Below are positions 12,482 through 24,400 of a stretch of DNA of 64,000 nt, one piece after another. The notes under the pieces are model-generated. The model did no database searches, had not been told where the DNA came from, and was given only the letters and a program-made list of their open reading frames with translations. The stretch lies in the NCBI RefSeq assembly GCF_037042905.1, contig NC_087252.1, positions 23,748,001 through 23,812,000 on the forward strand. Direction: 5' to 3'. The stretch is from Lytechinus pictus. Its lineage: Eukaryota. The position numbers and the translations under genes are program-made. The first letter of the stretch is position 1; every line of letters begins with the position of its first letter.

Positions 12482-15400
12482 AACTCTGTTGGAAATAAGT
12501 ACAATGCATTACCACTATGCCTCTTATATACATATATATATATGTATATATTATATATGTATATACGGGTTCTTACTAGAATCAACTGGTAAGTCCTATT
12601 GGTTCTAACTGGTATCATTTGGTTTGATATTCCAGTATGGTTAATGGGTTTCAAGTGGGTTATGGGTGGCCTATGGGTTTCAACTGGTATAATCTGTTCC
12701 AGTTTGGTTTATGGGTTTTAACTGAAATCAGCTGGTAGATATATACTGGTAATGCCTATTGGTTCTAACTGGTATCAATTGGTTTGATATTCCAGTATGG
12801 TAAATGGGTTTCAAGTGGGTTATGGGAGGTCTATGGGTTCCAACTGGTAAAATATGTCCCAATTTAATTGATTTATGGGTTTTGACTGGAATCAACTGGT
12901 AGTATACCAGTAATGTATGTTGATTTTAACTGGTATCAATTGGTTTGATATTCCAGTATGGTTAATGGGTTTCAAGTGGGTTATGGGAGGTCTATGGGTT
13001 CCAACTGGTAAAATATGTTCCAGTTTGGTTTATGGGTTTTAACTGGAATCAACTGGTAGTATACCAGTAATGTATGCTGGTTTAACTGGTATCAATTGGT
13101 TTGAAATTCCAGTATGGTTAATGGGTTTCAAGTGGGTTATGGGAGGTCTATGGGTTCCAACTGGTATAATCTGCTCCAGTATGGTTTATGGCTTTTAACT
13201 GGAATCAGCTGGTAGATATGCCAGTAATGCCTATATTGGTTCTAACTGGTATCCATTGGTTTGATATTCCAGTATGGTTAATGGGTTTCAAGTGGGGTTA
13301 TGGGAGGTCTATGGGTTCCAACTGGAACACTCTGATCCAGTTTGGTTTATTGGTTTTAACTGGAATCAACTGGTAGGTATACCAGTAATGCATGTTGGTT
13401 CTAACTGGTATCAATTGGTTTAATGATATACCAGTATGGTTTATGGGTTTAAGGTGGCATTAACTGGTATATACACCTATTGGGTTTCTATGGGTTCCAA
13501 CTGGCATCAAATGGTCCAGTTTGGCTAATGGGTTTTAAACTGGAATCTATTGGTAGATAAACCAGAAAGGCCTATTGGTTTTAACTGGTATTAACTGGTG
13601 TACTAATTTATACCAGTATAGTTAATTGGTTTCAACTGGAATAAACTTGTATGTTTTCAGCATGTCCAGTTGGGACAATGGGTTTCAACTGGAATATACT
13701 GGCATGGTGGGAGTTTACCAGTTGTGCCAATTGGTTTCAACTGGTACCAGTTGACTCCAGTTGAAACCAGTTAAAATTTCAACTGGTTTCAACTGGTTTT
13801 TTTACCTGGGATGGCAACGATGTCTCCGCCCACACCAAAATCAATAGGCGGCTTTGCTTAATTGACCTTCATGCCACATTTGAAGATGATCGGAGAAGAA
13901 ATGCAGCTGGTAGAGCACTCACAAGGACATCTCTACTATTTCCACAAAAACTCTTGTTACCATGGCAACGATGTCTCCGCCCACACCAAAATCAATAGGC
14001 GGCTTTGCCTTACCATAATGGACCTTCATGTCACATTCAAAGATGATCGGAGAAGAAATGCAGCTGGTAGAGCGCTCACAAAACATCTCTTCTATTTCCA
14101 CAAAAACTCCTGTTACCATGGCAACGATGTCTCTGCCCACACCAAAATTAAAAGGCGGCTTTGCGATACCATACTCAACCTTCATGCCAAATTTGCAGAT
14201 GATCGGAAAAGAAATGCAGCTGATAGAGCGCTCACAAGGAAATCTCTGCGGCGGCGGCAGACGCGGCGCGACGAGGCCAAATCCATAGTATCCTCCGAAC
14301 TCTGTTCGGGGGATACAATAATGTGCCTCAGAATAGAATACTTCTGGATAGATGGCGCTATATAAATGCCTATTATTATTTTATTGTTATTAAAGTAAAA
14401 CTAATCATAAATCACTGTTACATAATAATGAATAAGATTTTTTTATAAAAATCAATCAATTACAAATAAGTTTAAGAGTGAGAATTTTCCTGACAATGCC
14501 CAAATACTATAGCAGCTCTTACTGATTGCCATTATACATTCTACGCACAACAGAGCTACATGTACTAATAACAATATCAATATACTTTTGGACAAATTGC
14601 TGTCATCATATCAAATCTTTAATGAATTATCATTTTTTTACCTGCACATAGTAGTAGAGAGGGTAGCCGGGTCCATAGTTATAGACAACCATGAAGTCAG
14701 GCACATCATCATCATTATAGAAACCAGCAGCTGGGGTACTGAAAGAATTAAATATAAAGAGTTAATGACATATTGTACAATGTAGACTTATATTATTTTT
14801 GCAGTGAGCGACAGGGAGCATGTCCTTTCAAATAGCCGAGATCATTTTGTGAGTGGTAAATACCACACATGCTTCAACGCTACGGAAGGCACTAGATATT
14901 GCTTTCTTAATTTTGTGTCTCATCAATTTTATCTATTTGTGGCTTAAACAGAAGAGATACGATTAATCTTGTAATCTATATCTCTCATAGTTCTCGACAC
15001 CTATGTACCTATGTAGGTAACAATTTATTTACTGAAGATGTACACTTGATTTGGGAGATTGCTTGTATCTCTACGTGTTTCACGGCAGTAGATTTTCTTA
15101 TTCTTGTACAAAGTAGCTCAATACTAGCCTGTTTTTTTCAGCACAAAAAAAATGCGGTGTCATGCAGGGATGATCCTTGGATAAATTTCTACACACTTTA
15201 ACCAACATATTTAATAAACAAATACCATTACCAATCCATGTGCAATTTGCAACTCTCCACCTACGTAAAGCAAATCGCTAACCAGTAGGAAGAATGTGAT
15301 TTAAAGCTGAAGAACCTGATCAGACGGTAGACATGTTGAAGCCTGTCTCATAGTATGCACCAATTACAAACATTGTATTAAGCTATATACATAAACAATA

Positions 15401-18400
15401 CATACTATTGATATTACTTACATTCTGTTGTTTAAATTGATGTCTTTGTAAATGCTGAAATCTTGTTCTACACCTATTTCACACACTATGCAACATTTCC
15501 AAGCTCTTACCTGTATGATTCTGAAGAAGGCATGGAATAATTCCAAAGCTGTTCATATGTCTGACCATTGAACGCTATAACGGTTGAATTGAACATGGAC
15601 ATGACAATGTCTTTGACCCTATCGCCAGTGAGGTCAACAAGGACAGGGGGCGTCATCACACCCTTGAAGGGGTCAGTATAGATGACCTTTGCCTTTTGAG
15701 GGAAGAGAAAGCAGAACAACCAATCGCCACTGAATACTATGATTTGAATATAATTTTACAATGACCACCTGGTTCAAGGAACCAATGGGATTTCAACAGT
15801 CAATGGTTGTCAAAAAAATTCTTAAATTCTCCTAGCAGCTGTCTAAACAAATTCTAGTATTTTCTACCATTTATTCTTTAATTCAACAAAATCTGCTAAA
15901 ACCACATGGTTATTTGAACCCATTTAGGCATTTTTTGCCATTGCGTCTGCAGTTAAAAACTGGCATGAATAGGTAAGTCGAGAATAGCTTTTTTCTTTTT
16001 CAACATTTGTCTGACAGATTGTCAGTTCTAAACCCTATCTACAGTTTTGTTTACCAGAGAAGCATAGATGTCCTACTGATACTATGGTAACAGTTGCATT
16101 ATGACAACTTGTCAGTGCAGGTGGTCTACATGACCATACTTACTTGAAATTATCACCCTGTTTCATTCTTGGTGTTACTTTATGTTTTGACTTCCTACTA
16201 GTAATTATATGATATTAGCATATGTGGAACAAAGTAAATTCACCTTTTAATACATCAAACAATTCATTGACTATATGCCCCTTTTGTCTCCTTGTTTCTA
16301 GTGTTGCTATAGCTTGTCTGTGGTCTATATTATGGTTGTTCCACTTAATATGTTTGTCATTTAACCTCCGACGAAGATTCTGCTAGGATCGAAAGCTTAG
16401 GCCCCTATTGACTTTCTTATGTTCATATTGTTAAAATTACCACATGCAGGCAAGGATAAGAAAAGTATACATGGAAATTATTCAGTACTCAAAAATACAA
16501 AGTTGAGAGTCTACGTATTGTAAATTAGGAGTGGATTATTTTTTTTACTTCAGGATAATTACTACAAGATATTGCCCTTCAAGATAATCATACTTGTAGA
16601 TATCATAATTAACATACCTGTGTCATGTTACAAATAATGATGTCATCGAGAGGTATAGCCCACAGGGAGCCTCCCACTGTCTCTCCCCCAGTTCCGAATA
16701 GAACCATGGCTTTCCCACCATGCTGGTAAAAAATCTACAAAAGAACAAAAGAAGAAATATTAAAAGGAGAGTGTGAGGTGGAGTACTAGGGTCGAGGATG
16801 GGGGGGGGGGGCAGGGGGAGGATGGGTGTGGAGGAAGGGGGACAGGAAGGAGGACAACAAATATTAATATGAGAGTATGGGGGAATACAAGGAGGAAGAG
16901 GGGTAGTAGTACAGGGCAGGGCGATAAAGAAGGGGAGCCACGACAGGGCCAGAGACAGGAACATATTAACAGGAGAGTATGAGGGGAAGTATATAGGGGG
17001 ATAGGGAGAGGGGCAAGAAGTAAGGGCAGTGTAGTAGCAGGGGCGAGAAGGGAGGGGATCAAGAAACCAGTGCAGGGACAGGGAAAGGGATGAGATTTGG
17101 GAGAATAATAATAATAATAATAATACTTAGTAATTATACAGCGCTTTTCCCAAAAGGCCAAAAGTGCTTACAATGAAAATATTTAAAATAAATTAAATAA
17201 TGCTAAAACTATGAAACCCTAGAATGAGGGCATTAGAAGAGGGGGTGTAGGGGCAGGGGCAGGGACAGGGGCGAGAGGGGAGGGTTGGGATAGCAGCAGG
17301 GACAGGAAAATATGAATTGTAGGAAGAGAGACAACGATTATCACAATATGCAAACAAGCCTGTATGATATCACAATATGGCATGTCATATGCAAGCTAAA
17401 TTCTTGCCATGCATTAACGAGTTCAAGGTTAAATACATTTACAGTATATGTATGAATGAACACAAATAAACAGACCTGAAGAGTATTATAGCAAAAGCTC
17501 CTACACATTTGCGGATAGAAAATTCACTACAAAAACATAAGATGAACCTTTAAAACTAACCTCGCACCCCTAGCACAAGCTAGTAAAAAAGTTTTGAACC
17601 GTGCTAGAAAGATCAGATATAATGTGTTCACAGTATGGAACACGGTGTGAAGTCAATGTCACACTCTTATTGGAGCATTTGAACAGCGTGAATCACAATT
17701 TTCACATGGTTCAGGATGTGAACACACTGTTAAAATCCACATTGTGAAACCATCACCTCACTTTTTAATCTGAGCATTTAAACAGGATGTATGACATCTT
17801 CATATAATCCATGATGTGAGCACAATGTGTGAACACTCCACTGAGGTGTCCATTCTTTACATTACAACTTTAGAGCATTTTAATCATGTCAACGACATCC
17901 TCATGTAATCCACTATATGTGAACACACTGTGAAGATCCAGACTGGTGAGGTGTCCACAGTGTAAAATCACCATCTTAAGGCCCGAGCATTGTTGGAGCG
18001 GTCGTGGAGTGGAGAGAAAAATCATCACCGCTCGCTACCGTTCACCACCATTTAACCAAAGTTGGCCTCCGTTAAGGCAACGCCGAATACGCTCGGCCAC
18101 TGCTGATGGTCCCTCCTACCGCTCCGAAAGTTTTGAGCTGCTCAAAATATTGCGAGCGGTGAGGAGCGGGCAATTTTCCGCTCCAGCAAAGTTGACTACC
18201 GCTCTAACAACGCCCAGTCAAAGTTTGGCACCGCTAGACGAAAGTTCGTAAACGCTTGGGTCCGCTAAGCCAACGCAGATATCTTGAATGCTGGACAACC
18301 ATTTTTGCAATTTTGCACGGCGGGGACGATTCCCCTACCATTCCATGAAATTCCGGGCATAATGTAAACAAAATGAAGGTTGATAATGCATATAAGGGCT

Positions 18401-21400
18401 ACCCAGCCATCTTCCAGAGATAAAAGTTACTTGTAGAATAATTTCAGCCAAAAACCCTCATCATAGTAAAACATTCGTTGTTATATACTCTGCGTTTTAA
18501 CCAAGTCTACACAGCTTGATAAAGCATGGTTAAAATGTTTCAGATTTCAAAGTATTTTTTTAATCTAATGATCATTTTGATGCCATAAAATTATTTTCAG
18601 GATCTCATACACACTTTTTAGGCATGTGAGAAGCATAAACCAACATTCACTCTGATCAATCTTAAAGTAACACATAACACAAAGTTTATATACTTCACAT
18701 TGTTTAGGGTAATTTTTCTTTTCACACATAGATTTTATGCAGCCCATCAAACTTTGGTATCAAAGTGACATCATACGGCTTTAAATTATGTTCAGTAAAT
18801 TCTACGCCCAAAATTACCCTTAATCTACATGTTAAAGTAAAAATATAACAAGGAAAATAATTTTGGCGCACTTTCAACTCATTCTGGCCCACTGTGCGAC
18901 GCCCGCATGCGCAGAACTCCGCTCTATCAATGCGGTGCCCATGTTTTCGATTTTTTCCCCAATTTTGTGAGCGTTGTCGAAATTCGACCTTCTCTCCCTA
19001 CCGCTCCACGACCGCTCCAACAACGCTCGGGCGGTGTGACCAGGCCTTTACTTTAATATCTGAGCATTTAAACAAGATGTATGATATCTTCACATAATCC
19101 ACTATGTGAGCACACTGTGTGAACACTTCACTAAGGTGTCCACAGTGTGAGATTTTCTTTAATACCACTGTTGAATTTAAGCATTTTAACAGTGTGAACG
19201 TGTGAATCACACTTTCAAATAGTCCATTATGTGAGCACACTGTAAGCACGTACTCCTCTTCAGTTTCCACATTGTCCAGTGTCCAGTGTGGGATTTTCTT
19301 TACACTAATAAATTTGAGTATTTTAATTGTGTCAATACATCCTCACATAATCCACTATATGTGAACACACTGCGAAGATCCACACTGATGGGGTGTCCAC
19401 AGAGTGAAATCAACTCACTTTAAAATTTTAGCATTTAAATAGGGAGTATCACATTATAGTCCATTATGTGAGCACACTGTAAGCACTCCACTTACATGTA
19501 GGTGTCCACACTGTCCAGTGTGAAATTTTCTTTATACTTTGATATAAATTGAGTGAGTGAAATCCTCACGAAATCAATTATGTGAACACATTGTGAACAC
19601 AGTATGTGACACTGGTTTTTCCTAGTCTGCAGACACAGACCCTTGGTCTTTGCAATTTGCATAGTGCATAATGCAGAGTCTGAAATAGTGAGACTAGATT
19701 CACTATGTACAATGTACTGTGGCTGGCTTTGATTATTTGACACAGAGAGCTTGGTATCTAGTCTTCACTCCAGACATGATATGATTGGTTAAAGTGTCAA
19801 ATATGAGTCTGCGCTTGCAGACTAGTCCTTTCCAGCATGGAACACAATAAAAAAGTAATAGACCAGTTCGTAGTTACTTCATGGACAATTTTGGTCAAAT
19901 GACCTTTCATTTCTTTCATTGAAATAGGCAGATTTCAAAGCAAGATAATATGTAAGGATGCCTTCCATAGCAAGATGAAGAAATTGAAAAGACAAGGTAA
20001 CTAGAATAGCATGTCATTGAATGCTCTATGAAGGTATTTGTTGCATTTCTACTTTGAATGCATATTACTTGGTAAACTGTGAAATACCAGTCGTTTGTGG
20101 ACGCATTGTTGTGGATGTAAATAAAAAGCACAATTCAAAAGATGATCAAGACATCTGAAAGATGGTGCGTATCTCATTAAATATTTGAACCAATGTCACT
20201 TTAGTACAAATGACCTTCCTCTGATCATGCGCAGAGTGGAACTACGAACTGGCTTATTGACTGAACTGGAGGTCCTCACAAATACCATGACTGATAAATT
20301 GTCAGATAGCATTGACACAATCTAAAGTGAACTCTACAGACCTTTAGTTTCATTATACTGTACTGACATAGATCTACCAGCATTTCTGATTAAATAATTA
20401 TCCTTAAGTGTTTTTCTTCATAGAATCTGTGTTTCTCACTAGGTGTTTTCAGACCACCTAGCTAGGACACAAGCATACCCGTTAATTGATGATAACTTCA
20501 AACCTCAAGATATTATTCCACATTCACACCAAAAGTGAAGAAAAAAATCTTGAAGTTAAGCACCTGCACAGTGTCACTATTAGGGATATTACAACCATTT
20601 TCCTTCCACATTGGCAAAAATATCTGGTATTCTCTGATCAGGGTTGATCAGGGTAAATTTCCTGATCATAGAATACCTGGTATGCTAGAACTTCAAGGCA
20701 GTCTGAATGCTCCTACTATTACAAGGAATTATTCTGGAGGTGATTCACAACAGAATAACCTCCTGTAAACAACTTCCATTGCCTTTAACCCACTACCTAC
20801 TGGAAGCATGCGATTCCTTTACAATGCCTATAGAAGTTACAGAATTTTGCAGTGAATACTGGGCAACATTTGTATAGTGTCAAGCACTGCTAAAATCATA
20901 AAAGTTATTTTTTTACTGGGCATTGTTGTAAAATTTAAAATCAAGGTGTGTGAACAGGGCCTTGTACCTAATCAATTGTAACTAATCAATATAATCAATT
21001 TCGTAATATTTACTTCAAGAATTTTGCACATTATCCTTGGTTAACACAGAGCTAGGAAGCACTCAGAATTGTGAATTCAGCACTGAATGTAATGTTATGA
21101 GTATACATTATATCGAAACCATTTTGAACAAACATGCAATTTAGCTGTTGGCATTGCTGGCTTTCCATAGTTGTGGTTGATCGCATCAATCGCAACTCTT
21201 TGTAAGACGGGGCCCTATCTTACCTGAGGAGAGTAATACGATTCCATGCCATCAGGTACTCCACAAGCGCTAATGACACTACCATCCGAGCCACTCAGAA
21301 GCATTACATTTCCACTATGGGTCACTGGAGCACCTAGCCAGGAAGATAAATTAGATAAGAGAGGGTACGTATACGAGTTAAAATATGGCTACCATCCTCA

Positions 21401-24400
21401 ACACAGACAAGGCTGGTTTAGAAAAAGTGAAAGATGCATCTATCCTGCAAGACTCCTCGCTAATCCCAAGGAGATTTAATCTCCTTGCTAATACTTACCT
21501 TTTAAGAAAAAAAGGAAAGTTGTGTTACCATTAAGAAAGTATGCTTACAACATTACCAAATATTTTAAACTAAATTGATGTAAGTTTATATCGTTGTTTT
21601 TCCAATTACGAGAGCTTTGTGAACTAAGTGAATATATAACTACAATGTATGTATTTTTTTTTTCAGTTCAGAGCAATTTGTGAAGAAAGTGAAGTTTAAC
21701 ACAAAAAACACTCATTTTTTTGTCATATGTGCTACTGATGAATAAACCACTATAAATTCTCGGGGAAATTAGTCATCTCAATTAATTTTTCATTTTTCTG
21801 GTAAGAGTAATTAGTAGAATGCACCCAATAAAAAGGCCTGCTTGGGTGGGGTAAGACAGATATCCCATGTCTTACCATTGCAAAATAACATTTACTTGCA
21901 TTTTTTTAAGTTGCCAGACCAGGGGCCCCATTTCAAAAAGAGTTGCAACTGTTGTAACTTTGCCATTATGGCAACTACCGTGGCAACCTTGATTCTGAGT
22001 GGCTGCTAAGCCCTGTTAACATGGGAGTTTTCATAATTGCAAAGTTACAACAGTTGTAAGTCCTTTATGAAACAGGCACCAGATTCCATGTCAATAACAA
22101 TAATTTACATTATTTATTAGGTGCATAATACTTGGAGTAGTTTATATGCAATTTATTATAAGAAAAAATGTAAATACAGTGGAACATGTATTTAAAGGGT
22201 GACATGACATTTTCTCTGGTGACAATTGCTCAGGGCTTCATTTTGACTAATTTGTAGGGTTATTTTTAGGATAGCACTAGGGTTGCAATGTTAGCTGTAA
22301 GGTTAAGTTCAGGGTAAGGTGTTAAATCCAGGGTTGAAATTGGTCATTCCATTATTGTGTGGAATGTTTAGTGGAGAAACTGTCACGAAAGCAAATGTTG
22401 TGGAATCCTATAAAGACTTCTCAAGGGTAACAAGAAAAGTGGTAATTGTTAGCAGGTGGCTTTTATGCTTCAATAGGGAATTCTATCCAAGTGAAATCAA
22501 ATTCATGGTCCTTTCAGACAGATTGTCCTGCTATGTACATCTGGGGCGTCGTGGTCTAGTGGTTAAGACTCTCGTCTTCCAATCTGAGGGACGTGGGTTC
22601 AATTCCCAGCCATGGCGTGTTTTCCTTCAGCAAGAAATTTACCAACATTGTGCTGCACTCAACCCAGGTGAGGTAAATAGGTATCGGCAGAAAGTAATTC
22701 CTCAGAAAGCTGTAGACTAGCTTAGCCGGGGTAATATAGGAGCGCCTTGAGCACCTAGCAGTATTGATATGTGCGTTACACAATTCCTATATCATTTTAC
22801 TATTATTTATACAGGTGCTTGCTAGAGGAGGTTTTACTGTATCACAACCCATTGGAGCATGGACCCACATATTTGCAGGCTGGAGTCTATGGAAAACATG
22901 GGTTAGAGCACAATCATTCAGTATTCAATGGCCCGTATTCTGAAGACAGGTTTAACTTAGACCATGGTCTAACTCTGTGCTGAAATTATGGGAAGCAAAA
23001 AGTGTCAAAAATTTTATTAAGTTGTATGTTTCTTATGTTAACTGTGCTCTTTCCTGATTCATCGATTGTGAAGACAATCATTCTATTTATACTTCCTTGA
23101 CAATTATGAATGATTTCAGAGTCAAAATGAGCTGAAATACGATAACTCTACTGTTAGTGATTTATGTAACAATTAATTGGCTATCCATTCTTAAACAACA
23201 ACTTTAAACCTGAGTTTAAGTTAAACCCGATTTCAGAATACGGGCCAATGGGTAAAGCAAACTTTAAAGCAATATTTACCTGGTTCTCTCACAGGATCAC
23301 CCCCGAGGGCATTGAGCAAGTCTCGGACTCCATCCCCATTGACATCATGTATAAACTGTGCAGTGTAGAAGTTGCTAAGAGCCTCGCCCGCTTTTTTAAC
23401 ATGGTACTTCCACAGTAGCTTCCCACTCGTGCCATCGACTGCTTCCATAACCTGATGTAGAATGAATAACAATAATAGGGCATTTGAATTGCTAAATTTC
23501 TAAAGTACATTGTTGCATGAAAATAGGGAAAATAAAAAATCAAGTCTTGTAAACTGTGTAGAAAATAAGAAATGATCATAAAAAAAAACAATCCAAAGAG
23601 TCAGGACATGGCGTAAGCGTTGTAAAACGCACACAGCAGGCCTATGGCATAATATCCTTCAGCAAGAAAATTATCCACATTGTGCTGCACTCAACCCAGG
23701 TGAGGGGAATGGGTACCCAGCAGGATTAATTCCTTGAATGCACGGAGCGCTGAAAGGCAGCTTTAGCTAACTCCAGGGTAATAATAATAATAATAATGTG
23801 CTTCGGAATAGAATATTTTCTAGATAGATAGCGCTATATAAATTCCTATTATTATTATTACATCCAACAGGCAGGGCCTTCTTGAATCCTGAAAACTTGT
23901 GCCTATATAATGAACTTTACAATTATTTTGCTATTGTTGGAGGAGGAGGGGCTTCAATTATTTTTCCTCTTACTTGCTTCATATGGCTATGAATGACATT
24001 ATCCCAAAATTTTAGAATCACATTGCACAAGGCAGCAGTTGAGGAATAATATTAAATATGTCTTCATTTTGAAACATGAAAATGTATTTAGAAATATTTT
24101 CTTTGAATAAAAAGCAAATGGGGAAATTATACATTTAGTGACAAATCATTGAGAAATATATATAGTAACATTTTCAGCATTAATGGATTTTTAATCCAAT
24201 GCTTTAAGGTGAATCAACATAATACATTTCCTATTTATAATATATAGGCCTACAGTGTTAAGAAGGAAAATATAATGCTGAATGTTGATCTATAATAGTG
24301 AAAATCTGACATTTGTGCACATATGGGCACCTGCTTGAAGAATGTATGCCTGATCCCCACCCCCAGCCCTATTTGTAAATGGGACCTGGGCCCCGTATTA

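Larger units (their letters stand above)
1336..13810. mobile_element. 12.5-kb non-autonomous CACTA/EnSpm-like (CMC) element
   Basis: TIRs CCCAGGT(C/A)AAAAAA, 2-bp TSD AT (1334-35 and 13811-12), long subterminal AACTGG/CCAGTT arrays at both ends. Removing it restores ttaccATggcaacgatg of the host repeat. Confidence 0.75.
764..14319 (-). mobile_element. Non-autonomous Helentron/HINE (DINE-1-like) element, interrupted by nested insertions
   Basis: SubTIRs TGTATCCCCCGAA (~799-811) and TTCGGGGGATACA (~14305-14317). Inverted repeat beside the 5' subTIR, 3' hairpin TGCTCGGC..GCCGAGCA plus CTAG, no TSD, TT-type target. Internal ~156-bp tandem repeats at 1177-1335 and 13811-14250. Confidence 0.7.
17620..19620. 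repeat. Degenerate ~100-130-bp tandem repeat, interrupted by a MITE
   Basis: Recurrent gagcatttaa...ataatccactatgtgagcacactgtg...gtgtccacagtgtga. Confidence 0.7.

Noticed and set aside
13862..14365. 167-aa ORF with an internal repeat
   Set aside because: Read-through of the 156-bp (multiple of 3) HINE tandem repeat; no recognisable domain.
18870..18896. Functional RAG recombination signal sequence
   Set aside because: The heptamer is present but there is no ACAAAAACC-like nonamer at 12 or 23 bp and no RAG or Transib ORF in the window.
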